Positions 8,671 to 16,553 of a DNA stretch of 64,000 nt are shown one piece after another (position 1 is the stretch's first letter; each line of letters begins with the position of its first letter). Made by a program: the position numbers and the translations under genes. Source of the DNA: Solirubrobacterales bacterium (lineage in GTDB: Bacteria; Actinomycetota; Thermoleophilia; Solirubrobacterales; 70-9); the NCBI GenBank assembly GCA_045805805.1, contig JBJMKO010000144.1:629-64628 (forward strand), read 5' to 3'. The notes below the pieces were generated by a model. The model saw only the letters and a list, made by a program, of their open reading frames with translations. It did not search any database and was not told the DNA's origin.

Positions 8671-9524
8671 TCGACCACCCGGGAGAGGCGCCGGATCGCG
8701 ACGAAGCCGATCAGCTGGAGCGCCGCGGCCATCGCCAGCAAGACCGCAGACGCAGGAGCCGCGAGCACCTTGACCAGAAAGCCCGGCTGGATCAGCTCGG
8801 CGAAGAGGGCACCGCCGCTCGGCATCGCGACGACGAGCAGGCCGGTGAAGCGCGCCTGCGACGTGGCCGCTCTGGCGTCTTCCGCCACCCGGTCGCGCTC
8901 GGCGGCCCCCTCCGCGAAGCGCCGCAGCAGGCCGGCGAGGTCGCCGCCGGCGAGGCGCTGGCTGAGCAGCGCCGCAACGAAGGCGTCGACCCGCGGCGAG
9001 TGCATCCAGCCGCGCCAGGCGGCGATCGCCTCGGCGGTGGGCGAGCCCAAGTGGAGGTCGGCTCCGAGGCGGGCGAGCTCGACCGCGGGCGGGCCGTCGA
9101 GCGATGCCGATGCAGCCGGGAGGGAGGTGCGCAACGAGCGGCCGGCGCTGAGCGAATCGGCGACGGCCAGAGCGATGTCGGGGAGCGCCCGCTCGACGGC
9201 GCCGCGGTAGCGCTTCCTGCGGGCATTGATCGCCGTCGCCGCCAGAGCCGGGCCGGCGACCGCGAGCGGTAGCGCCAGGGTCGTCCCCGCCACAAACCAG
9301 CCGCCGGCGATCGCGGCGACGGTGGCGAGCGCCGCGAGCCGGCGCCGCTCCGGAACCGATGGCGAGTATCCCTCGCGCCCGGCGCGCCGCAGCGGCTCCA
9401 GCGCCACCTGCGCCCAGGCCGCGAGGGCGGGCGTCGCCAGCACGGCCTCGCGCGCCGCGACCGCGGCGAGCCCGCCGGCCGCCGCCCCGACCAGCGTCAC
9501 CGCCAGGCCCGGGTCCGCGTTCAT
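8667..9524 (-). CDS. tadB: type II secretion system F-family protein (TadB-like)
   Basis: Begins MNADPGLAVTLVGAAAGG at ATG 9524, overlapping the tadA stop (ATGA). The upstream part of the 479-aa ORF in the track is out-of-frame overlap with tadA. Confidence 0.8.
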   Translation of the reverse strand: MNADPGLAVTLVGAAAGGLAAVAAREAVLATPALAAWAQVALEPLRRAGREGYSPSVPERRRLAALATVAAIAGGWFVAGTTLALPLAVAGPALAATAINARRKRYRGAVERALPDIALAVADSLSAGRSLRTSLPAASASLDGPPAVELARLGADLHLGSPTAEAIAAWRGWMHSPRVDAFVAALLSQRLAGGDLAGLLRRFAEGAAERDRVAEDARAATSQARFTGLLVVAMPSGGALFAELIQPGFLVKVLAAPASAVLLAMAAALQLIGFVAIRRLSRVVE

Positions 9525-10663
9525 GCGCCCGCGACGGGCTCGAGGGACCGCACCGCGGTCGCGCCGGCCGCCCGCACGACCTCGGCGATCTCGGTGACGC
9601 TCCGAGCGCCGTCGCTGCGCCGCTTGAGGTGCACGACCAGATCGACTCCCCGCTGCACCTGCTCGGCGACCGCTCCGTGAGGCAGCCCCAGCCCCGCCAT
9701 CAGGGCCAGCGTCTCCAGCCTGCTCAGGGCATCCTCCGGAGAGTTGGCATGGACCGTGGAGAGAGCCCCGTCGTGACCGGTGTTCAGCGCCGTCAACAGG
9801 TCCAGGGCCTCCGGGCCACGCACCTCGCCGATCACGATCCTGTCCGGCCGCATCCGCAGCGCGTTGCGGAGCAGGTCGCGCACGGTCACCTCTCCCCGCC
9901 CCTCGACGCTCGCCGGCCGGCTCTCCAAACGCACCACGTGGGGCTGCTGCAGGCGCAGCTCGGCCGCGTCCTCGATCGTCACCACCCGCTCCCCGGGGGC
10001 GATGAAGCTGGAGAGTGCGTTGAGCAGCGTGGTCTTGCCCGAGCCGGTGCCGCCACTGACCAGGACACTGCGGCGCCCGGCGACGGCGCGCTCGAGCAGC
10101 TCGCACTGGGCCGGCGTCAGCGTGCCGAGCTCGACGAGCTCACTCGGGCCAGGTCGCCTGGCTCCGAAGCGGCGGATCGAGAGCGCCGGCCCGTCGATCG
10201 CCAGGGGAGGGATCACCACGTTTACTCGTGAGCCGTCGGCCAACCGCGCGTCGACCATCGGGCTCAGCTCGTCGATCCGCCGCCCCAGCGGTGCCAGGAT
10301 CCTCTCGATCGCGTTGCGCAGCTCCTCCTCGTCTGGGAAGGTGACCCCGGTCGGCTCGATCCGGCCGCCGCGCTCGACGTAGACGCTGCCCGGGCCGTTG
10401 ACCATCACCTCCTCGACGGAGGGATCGTCGAGGAGCTCCTCGAGCGGGCCGAGGCCGACCGTATCGCGGACGATGCGCGCCTCGACGGCGGCCCGATCCT
10501 CAGCGGCCAGCAGCGCTGCCTCCTCCTCGACGAGATCGCGGACCTCGTCAGGCAGCTCCGACGCCGGCACGCGCCCGGCCGCCGCCTCGGCCCGTCGCCG
10601 CTCGATCAGGCGCCCCCGCAGCGAGGCCGCCAGCTCCTCGATGTGCCGCTCCCGGGCAGCCAT
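9521..10663 (-). CDS. tadA: CpaF/TadA family pilus assembly ATPase
   Basis: Begins MAARERHIEEL at ATG 10663. Walker A is GGTGSGKTT. Also carries Asp/His-box regions (IEDAAEL, TGHDG). Confidence 0.9.
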   Translation of the reverse strand: MAARERHIEELAASLRGRLIERRRAEAAAGRVPASELPDEVRDLVEEEAALLAAEDRAAVEARIVRDTVGLGPLEELLDDPSVEEVMVNGPGSVYVERGGRIEPTGVTFPDEEELRNAIERILAPLGRRIDELSPMVDARLADGSRVNVVIPPLAIDGPALSIRRFGARRPGPSELVELGTLTPAQCELLERAVAGRRSVLVSGGTGSGKTTLLNALSSFIAPGERVVTIEDAAELRLQQPHVVRLESRPASVEGRGEVTVRDLLRNALRMRPDRIVIGEVRGPEALDLLTALNTGHDGALSTVHANSPEDALSRLETLALMAGLGLPHGAVAEQVQRGVDLVVHLKRRSDGARSVTEIAEVVRAAGATAVRSLEPVAGA

Positions 10664-10665
10664 CC

Positions 10666-11322
10666 TCAGCCCTCGGGCAGCAGGGTCAACTTGCGGGCGA
10701 AGCTTTCGGCCGCGATCAGCTGCAGGGCCTGCCGTCTGGTCAGCCCCAGGGTCGCGGCCGAGGCGCCGCCTGGGCCGGGGCCGTCGGCTCCCGGGCCCAG
10801 CGCAAGAAGCGGTACCCCGGCCGCGGCTATGTAAGTGCGCCCGGGACCGGACCCGGCAGGTTCGGTCGTCACCACCACGTCGACCTTGCTCCCCCGCGCT
10901 GCCACGCCCGGGGCGAGCAGCGCTTCGGCACCGCTGACGGCGATCTCGACCGGGCGGCGCCGACTTCCCAGCTGTTGCCTGCCTGCATCCGGCCGACGCG
11001 GAGGACGCAGCTGAGCTGCCAAGAGGTAGGAGCCGGCTGGGAGCGCCGAGACCGGGGCCAGCCCGAGGGCATCGCCGGGAGACACGAGTGCGCCTGGTGG
11101 GACGAAGCGCATCGGCACGCGGCGGACCTCCAGCGCCGTGGCGAGCTCCTCGGGGCCAAGCGGCCGCCCTGGACGCAGGACACGCGTCAGCACCACGACC
11201 GGTCGCAGCGGCCCGTAGCCCCTGGCAACGCTGGAGCCGTATCCGTCGGCGAGCGCGGCGGCCACCGCAGCCGCAAGCAGGGCGAGGACGAGAAAGGCGA
11301 CCGCGCGAGTCCGCCTGCTCAT
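10666..11322 (-). CDS. cpaB: Flp pilus assembly protein CpaB/RcpC-like (SAF domain)
   Basis: Begins MSRRTRAVAFLVLALLAAAV (signal anchor) at ATG 11322, overlapping the kinase stop. A SAF-like segment follows (VVLTRVLRPGRPLGPEEL...). Confidence 0.8.
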   Translation of the reverse strand: MSRRTRAVAFLVLALLAAAVAAALADGYGSSVARGYGPLRPVVVLTRVLRPGRPLGPEELATALEVRRVPMRFVPPGALVSPGDALGLAPVSALPAGSYLLAAQLRPPRRPDAGRQQLGSRRRPVEIAVSGAEALLAPGVAARGSKVDVVVTTEPAGSGPGRTYIAAAGVPLLALGPGADGPGPGGASAATLGLTRRQALQLIAAESFARKLTLLPEG

Positions 11323-12047
11323 GCCGCCCAACCGACGTCGTCTTCGGCCAGAGGCAACTCGAGCGCGGCAAGCGATCCCTCCGAAGCGCGGTTGAAAACG
11401 AAGCGGCCATCGTGCAGGGAGGCGACCCTCCGGACGACGTTGAGGCCGTGGCCGCGCCGGTTCCGGCCCGAGAGGTGGGCGATCACCTCGGCGGGACTGT
11501 TGCGGCGCGAGCGCGGCTGTGCGGCACGGCCCGAGTCCACCACCGCGATCCGCAGCCGACCGTTGCGTCGCCGCGCGGCGACGACGATCGTCGGACCGCC
11601 GTGCTCGATCGCGTTGACGATCAGGTTGTCGAGCGCCTGGGCGAGCGTGCGGCGATCGCCGTTGACGATCGCCCTGCCGGCGTTCCAGCGCAGCTCCAAC
11701 CTTCCCTCGCAGAGCCTGGCCCTCGCCTGCCACCGCCCGACCGCAGCCTCGGCCAGAGTGCGCGCGTCGACGGCGCCCCACACCGGCGCGGGCGGATTCC
11801 CGTTGATCTCACGGTCGAGCCTTTCCAGCGCCGCGGCGGCGAGGCCGATCGGGTCGTCGCCCTCACCCGTCGAGGAGACTCGCGGCCCAGCCGCGAGCGC
11901 GACGGCTTGCAACGGCCGGCGCAGCTCGTGGAGTGCCTCGTTGAGGACCGAGCGCCGCCGGCCGTTGCGCAGGCTCTGGGCGGCGACCGTGGCCGCCATC
12001 GAGAGGGCCAGAGGCCAGCCCACGACTATCTGGGCCAACTCGGTCAT
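11319..12047 (-). CDS. sensor histidine kinase (minimal, one TM)
   Basis: H-box LHELRRPL and N-box LDNLIVNAIEHG. Start ATG 12047 overlaps the regulator stop (ATGA). Confidence 0.8.
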   Translation of the reverse strand: MTELAQIVVGWPLALSMAATVAAQSLRNGRRRSVLNEALHELRRPLQAVALAAGPRVSSTGEGDDPIGLAAAALERLDREINGNPPAPVWGAVDARTLAEAAVGRWQARARLCEGRLELRWNAGRAIVNGDRRTLAQALDNLIVNAIEHGGPTIVVAARRRNGRLRIAVVDSGRAAQPRSRRNSPAEVIAHLSGRNRRGHGLNVVRRVASLHDGRFVFNRASEGSLAALELPLAEDDVGWAA

Positions 12048-12757
12048 CCGTCGATCAGCCGGTAGCCATAGCCCCAGCAATTGATCACGAAGCGACCGTG
12101 CTCGGGGTCGAGCTTGCGCCTCAATCGGCTCGCGTGGGAATCGAGCGTGCGGGTGCGAGCGGGGCTGCGGTACCCCCAGACAGCCTCGAGCAGCTCCCGC
12201 TTGGTGAAGACCCGGGACGGATCGCCGGCCAGAACGCGCAGCAGGCTGAACTCCTTGTTGGAGAGAGCGACCTCGCGATCCTCGACCCAGACCTTTCGCC
12301 GTGCCGGGTCGACGACGATGTCCCCGGCTCGGCAGGGCCCCTCGCTGTGTCCCAGGCCACGCCTCAGCACCGCGCCGATCCGTGCCCGCAGCTCCTGATA
12401 GTGGAAGGGCTTCACGACGTAGTCGTCAGCGCCGAAGTCGAGGCCTCGAACCCGGTCCGCGTCGGCACCGCGCCCCGTGAGGACGATCACCGGCAGGCCG
12501 GGGTCGAAGCGCGAGGTGACCCCGTCGGCATCGCGGATCTCGCGCAGCACGTCGAGCCCGGAAGCGTCGGGCAGGGTCAGGTCGAGCAGCAGCAGGTCGG
12601 GATGGTTGTAGCGGCACAGACGCAGCGCGTCGGAGGCACTGGGAGCCGGCATGACCCCGAAGCGGTCAGCCGTCAGGTTGTCGCAGAGCAGCTCCAGGGT
12701 CGGCCTGTCGTCCTCGCAGACAACCAAGCTCGCGGTCTCTCGTCGTTGGGGAAGCAT
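12044..12757 (-). CDS. OmpR/PhoB-family response regulator
   Basis: Receiver domain (LLLLDLTLPD, VKPF) plus a winged-helix C-terminus (LSNKEFSLLRVL..., GYGYRL). Confidence 0.9.
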   Translation of the reverse strand: MLPQRRETASLVVCEDDRPTLELLCDNLTADRFGVMPAPSASDALRLCRYNHPDLLLLDLTLPDASGLDVLREIRDADGVTSRFDPGLPVIVLTGRGADADRVRGLDFGADDYVVKPFHYQELRARIGAVLRRGLGHSEGPCRAGDIVVDPARRKVWVEDREVALSNKEFSLLRVLAGDPSRVFTKRELLEAVWGYRSPARTRTLDSHASRLRRKLDPEHGRFVINCWGYGYRLIDG

Positions 12758-12766
12758 GTGCCCCCT

Positions 12767-13108
12767 CTAAGGCCGCGGAGACGAAAACTCTCCCCCCTCT
12801 CCCGCGGGAATCTCCAGGACGGCGCCGGCGCCCCAGTGGAAGACAACGCGACGTGCGGGGATTCCGCGGCGGACGGCGAGGAGCGAAAGTCGCTCGTCGA
12901 GAAAGTAGAGGTCGAGGGCAAAGCGCATGCGGAAGGTGTGGACGCTCGAACAACCGGGGATGAGAAGGCCCGCGCCGACTTTGTCGCGTTCGAGATGGGC
13001 GAGCCCGAGCAAGCGCGCGCGGAAGCCGACCGCGACCGGAACCTGCCGACCCAGCACCGTGTCCACCGGAAGGCGACGCAGGCGAGGAGCAAGGCGACGA
13101 TCCACCAT
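12767..13108 (-). CDS. DUF192 domain protein
   Basis: 113 aa with PGCSSVHTFRMRFALDLYFLD, which resembles the DUF192/COG1430 core. It is the first gene upstream of the Tad-linked two-component pair. Confidence 0.7.
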   Translation of the reverse strand: MVDRRLAPRLRRLPVDTVLGRQVPVAVGFRARLLGLAHLERDKVGAGLLIPGCSSVHTFRMRFALDLYFLDERLSLLAVRRGIPARRVVFHWGAGAVLEIPAGEGGEFSSPRP

Positions 13109-13151
13109 GGACCTACAAGCCTCCGCGGCGACGAATTCTCCCCACCCCCAA

Positions 13152-13204
13152 CCGCTGACTTCGTCTTTTGGCCCCTATGGCCCCCATAAACACGAACTCA
13201 GCGG
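13152..13204. repeat. family-2 palindromic repeat, copy A
   Basis: CCGCTGACTTCGTCTTTTGGCCCCTATGGCCCCCATAAACACGAACTCAGCGG, with 13-bp termini complementary except for one central mismatch. Same termini as 20726-20775 (reverse) and 52319-52367. Confidence 0.7.
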
Positions 13205-13234
13205 GAGACGCCCTGGTGGGACTAGCCTCTGGGG

Positions 13235-14164
13235 ATGGCTCGGCGCGGAAGGGCGACTGTCTTTGGTCCGCACCCGATGCTCTCGGTCACGGTCGAGGCG
13301 ATGACCGCAGACGGCGGTGACGACATCCACGTCCACGCCGCCGGACAGGGGGTCTGGGTGGCGCGGATGGCCGCCGAGCTGGGCGCCGACCCGGTCCTCT
13401 GCGGCTTCATCGGGGGCGAGACCGGGACCGTTCTGCGACCGCTGCTCGAGCAGATGGACGTGGAGCTGCGGTTGGTCGAGACGGCCGGGGCCAGCGGCTG
13501 CTACCTGCACGACCGCCGCTGCGGCGAGCGCAAGCCGATCGCCCAGAGCGCTGCCATGCCTCCGTCCCGTCACGAGATCGACGAGCTCTTCTCCGGCACC
13601 GTCGCCGCCGCACTCGATTCCGGGGTGCTGGCGCTCTGCGGTCCCTACCCGAGCGAGGCCCTTCCGCTGGAGATCTACGGCAACCTGGTCGGCGACGTGA
13701 AGGCGAATGGGACGCCGGTCGTGGTCGACCTCTCGCCCCCGCGACTTGACAGCGCCCTGGAGGGCGAGCCGGATCTGGTCAAGGTCAACGACTGGGAACT
13801 GGCCAAGTACGTCACCGGCCCGGTCGACACGGAGGAGCGGATGCGGGCCGCGGCGCAGCGGCTGCTGGACGCGGGCGCCGGCGCCGCGATCGTCACCCGC
13901 GCCGAGGAGCCGGCGATGGTCCTGCGCGGCGAGGAGGCGTGGATGCTGGTCCCGCCGCGCTTCGAGCGCGGCTCACGCGAGGGCTGCGGCGACTCGATGA
14001 TGGGCGCGCTCGCCGCCTGCATGGCCGCCGGCGTCGAGTGGGAGGAGATGCTGCGCACCGGCGCCGCGGCAGGCGCTGCCAACTTCCTCCGCCACGGCCT
14101 CGGCAGCGGCTCGCGGTCGGTGGTCGAGGACCTGGCGCAGCGGGTCGAGCTGCGCCCTCTCTGA
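13235..14164 (+). CDS. PfkB-family carbohydrate kinase (1-phosphofructokinase-like)
   Basis: 309 aa with ribokinase-fold layout and the C-terminal signature region EGCGDSMMGAL. Confidence 0.85.
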   Translation: MARRGRATVFGPHPMLSVTVEAMTADGGDDIHVHAAGQGVWVARMAAELGADPVLCGFIGGETGTVLRPLLEQMDVELRLVETAGASGCYLHDRRCGERKPIAQSAAMPPSRHEIDELFSGTVAAALDSGVLALCGPYPSEALPLEIYGNLVGDVKANGTPVVVDLSPPRLDSALEGEPDLVKVNDWELAKYVTGPVDTEERMRAAAQRLLDAGAGAAIVTRAEEPAMVLRGEEAWMLVPPRFERGSREGCGDSMMGALAACMAAGVEWEEMLRTGAAAGAANFLRHGLGSGSRSVVEDLAQRVELRPL

Positions 14165-14283
14165 GAGTCCACCCCGGCAGGGGTTCCGCTTAACTTTTTC
14201 GGTGGGGCGGGGATTTGCTTTGCGCTCGAAGGCGGCTGACGAAAAAGTACAAGACGCTCCACCCCTACCGGGGTGGACTCTCA
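14162..14283. repeat. family-1 nested-hairpin repeat, copy 1 (reverse orientation)
   Basis: Outer arms TGAGAGTCCACCCCGG (14162-14177) and CCGGGGTGGACTCTCA (14268-14283) are perfect. The core is GGGGTTCCGCTTAACTTTTTCG...CGAAAAAGTACAAGACGCTCCACCCC. Confidence 0.9.
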
Positions 14284-14999
14284 AACGGGACTGAGAGTTC
14301 TTGGCCGGTGACAATCGCTCTCGGGGCCACATCTCGCATCCACCCGAGGTGGGGCGCGACCGAATCGATCTCGGCGAGGGCCGTGAAGGCCTCGCGCATG
14401 TGGACCGGGCGGCCGCCGTGGGAAGAGTGGGCGTCGCTGCTCAGCACATGGACCAGGCCCGCTTCGGCCAGCGCTCGCATCCCGTCGGCGGTGCGCTCGC
14501 GCAGGAAGAAGTCAGCCGTCGCCTGCACCAGGGCGCCGGCGGCGACAAGCGCCCCGATCCGCTCGTACATGTCGGCCGAGAGGTGGCGCTCGGGGTGGGC
14601 GATCAAGGCCCGGTAGCCGCGTTCGGCGAGGTGGTCGACCCGCCGCGCCAGGCTGTCGCTCAGCGGCCCCGGTACCGGCTCCAGAAGGATCCAACGGCCG
14701 CTGCCCAGCGCAACCCGCCCGAGCTCCTCCTCGCCCAGCCCCTCGACCGCGGTCTCGGCCACCTCCCCACCCTGGAGGACAGTGACCGGGATGCCTTCCG
14801 CGCGCAGCCGCTCGTTCAGCCTCTCGACCCGACCGGCGATCTCCTCGATCCGCACATCGTGGTCGTGGCGGATGTGCGGGGTGGCGCAGATCGCCTCGAT
14901 CCCGTCGTTCACCGCCTGGCGGCCCATGCCGAGGCTGTCGCGGATATCGAGCGCGCCGTCGTCCAGCGCGGAAAGGATGTGGCAGTGCAGGTCGATCAA
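14265..14999 (-). CDS. CpsB/YwqE-type PHP-domain tyrosine-protein phosphatase
   Basis: 244 aa with the N-terminal MIDLHCHIL metal-binding motif and later ATPH and HPER motifs. The last 6 codons and the stop lie inside the right arm of repeat copy 1. Confidence 0.8.
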   Translation of the reverse strand: MIDLHCHILSALDDGALDIRDSLGMGRQAVNDGIEAICATPHIRHDHDVRIEEIAGRVERLNERLRAEGIPVTVLQGGEVAETAVEGLGEEELGRVALGSGRWILLEPVPGPLSDSLARRVDHLAERGYRALIAHPERHLSADMYERIGALVAAGALVQATADFFLRERTADGMRALAEAGLVHVLSSDAHSSHGGRPVHMREAFTALAEIDSVAPHLGWMRDVAPRAIVTGQELSVPFESPPR

Positions 15000-15110
15000 G
15001 GTGCAAACGCTCTTTCAGGCACAGCAGGGCAGGGGCATGGAACTACGATGACCGGCATGATCCAGCACCAGCTCTCGCAGGGCTTGCGAGCGCTTTGATG
15101 GGCTTCAACC

Positions 15111-15578
15111 GTGGATAAGAAAACGACCCGCAGAGGGAACTACGAGTCTGGCTCCGATTACGTGCTCGAGTACGGGGAGCTCCGCTTTGCCTTCAACGAG
15201 GGGGACTTCGGCCAGCGCGTCGAGCAAGCGGCGGTGAAGCTCGGCTTCGTCGACCAGGGGCTCAGCCCCGAGGAGCTCGACGACCTGCTCGACCTCGCCG
15301 TCAGCGGCGAGATCGCCGAGCCCAGCTCGCGCCTGGGCGAGCACATCAACGAGAACTGGGAGGACCTGGTCGGGCCGGCCAACCGCAGCCTCGTCCACTG
15401 GCTTCGCCGCCTCGTCTTTCGCGGTGCCTGGCTCGATCAGCGGGTCAAGGAGGGTGAGCTGGACGTCGTCTTCGACGGGCGCACCCAGACCTTCGGATAC
15501 GTGCAGCCCGATCGCAGCTCTGACCTGATCGAGCTCAGTAAAGAGCCGAGCTGGCGGCGTATTGCCTATAGGCGGTAG
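15111..15578 (+). CDS. hypothetical protein
   Basis: 155-aa ORF with a GTG start, acidic, no recognised family. Composition is noticeably less GC-rich than its neighbours. Confidence 0.55.
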   Translation: MDKKTTRRGNYESGSDYVLEYGELRFAFNEGDFGQRVEQAAVKLGFVDQGLSPEELDDLLDLAVSGEIAEPSSRLGEHINENWEDLVGPANRSLVHWLRRLVFRGAWLDQRVKEGELDVVFDGRTQTFGYVQPDRSSDLIELSKEPSWRRIAYRR

Positions 15579-15580
15579 GG

Positions 15581-15693
15581 ACGAGGCGCGGGGCAGGGGT
15601 TCCGCTTAACTTTTTCGAGAAGCGGGGATTGCTGGCGCTCTAACCGCACTTGCGAAAAAGTACAAGACGCTCCACCCCTGCCCCGCGCCTCGT
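15581..15693. repeat. family-1 nested-hairpin repeat, copy 2 (reverse orientation)
   Basis: Perfect 20-bp arms ACGAGGCGCGGGGCAGGGGT (15581-15600) and ACCCCTGCCCCGCGCCTCGT (15674-15693), with the same core as copy 1. Confidence 0.9.
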
Positions 15694-15737
15694 TTCGGCG
15701 TTTGGCGCAAGCCGCTGTGCCTCAGCTTTGGGGGCTT

Positions 15738-16541
15738 TCAGGACTGGCGCTCTAGGGCCGCTACTACGGTGAGGGTGCCTTTGGCTTGATTCAGGCCGCC
15801 GTCGAAGATCTGTTTTGCTGCGTCTGTCTCGTCCAGGCGGCTCAGGGAGTCGACGAGGAGGATCACGTCTTCGCCAGCGTCGGCTCGGCGCTTGGCTTGG
15901 GCCAGGGCGTCGCTGGCGTGGCGGGTCTTGCTTGCGGCGACCAGCTCGGCGTCGGGGGCCTCTCGCCTCCAGTCGGCCAGTTCCTCGGGGGTCGGGTCGA
16001 TCAGGAGGGCAATCGGGTCGGGGCCATTCGAGGCTCCGGCGAGCTCGCCTGCGATCTCGCGCAGGAGCGACGTGCAGGTGGCGCGGCTCTCGCCGTAGAC
16101 GAGGGCCTGGCGGCCGGGGGGCGGGAGCAGCAGGTCGTGGACGCTGAGGCCCTTGCTCTTGCGGCCGAAGCGGCGCCGGCGACGTTTGCGGCGCGGTCGC
16201 TCGGTCTCGGCGCCGGCGGCGGGCGGGACGGGCTCTGCGGCGGGCGGGACGGGCTCAGGCGTGGGCGCGGGGGCTGTGTCCTCTTTCGCAGGTCGATCCC
16301 TGGGGGGACGATCCCTGGACGGGCGATCCCCGGCGGGGCGCTCGCGGCGACGGCGCGGCGGCCGCTCGCGTTTCGGTGCTCCCTCGGGCCTCGGCTCCCG
16401 GCCCGACTTCGCCGGCTTGCCGTCGAGCAGCTTCTCGATCAGCTCCTCGCGGCGGAGCATCCGGTATCGGGGCACGCCCGCCTCGGCGGCGAGGGCGTGC
16501 AGCTCGGCGATGTGCTTGGACTCCAGTTCTGTCTTCGTCAT
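15738..16541 (-). CDS. Rho_N-domain protein with a degenerate Rho ATPase-like C-terminal region
   Basis: N-terminus KHIAELHALAAEAGVPRYRMLRREELIEKLL is a Rho_N helix pair. It is followed by an Arg/Pro-rich disordered segment. The C-terminus aligns by eye to the Rho RecA core (LLIDPTPEE, VILLVDSLSRL, GTLTVVAAL), but the P-loop is GESRATCTS. Confidence 0.75.
   Translation of the reverse strand: MTKTELESKHIAELHALAAEAGVPRYRMLRREELIEKLLDGKPAKSGREPRPEGAPKRERPPRRRRERPAGDRPSRDRPPRDRPAKEDTAPAPTPEPVPPAAEPVPPAAGAETERPRRKRRRRRFGRKSKGLSVHDLLLPPPGRQALVYGESRATCTSLLREIAGELAGASNGPDPIALLIDPTPEELADWRREAPDAELVAASKTRHASDALAQAKRRADAGEDVILLVDSLSRLDETDAAKQIFDGGLNQAKGTLTVVAALERQS
16216..16338. repeat. in-frame tandem repeats inside the Rho_N gene (2 x 21 nt, 3 x 15 nt)
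   Basis: 16216-16257 holds GCGGCGGGCGGGACGGGCTC(T/A) twice, coding EPVPPAA twice. 16294-16338 holds CGATCCC(T/C)GG..... three times, coding the (P/S)RDRP repeats. Confidence 0.8.
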
Positions 16542-16553
16542 CGACGCGGCAGG

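Noticed and set aside
8667-11781. Very long N-terminal extensions of the tadB, tadA and cpaB ORFs in the track (479, 629 and 371 aa)
   Set aside because: The extensions overlap the upstream gene out of frame and are Arg-rich. Each real protein begins at an ATG that overlaps or immediately follows (within 2 nt) the upstream stop, and its sequence is family-typical from there.
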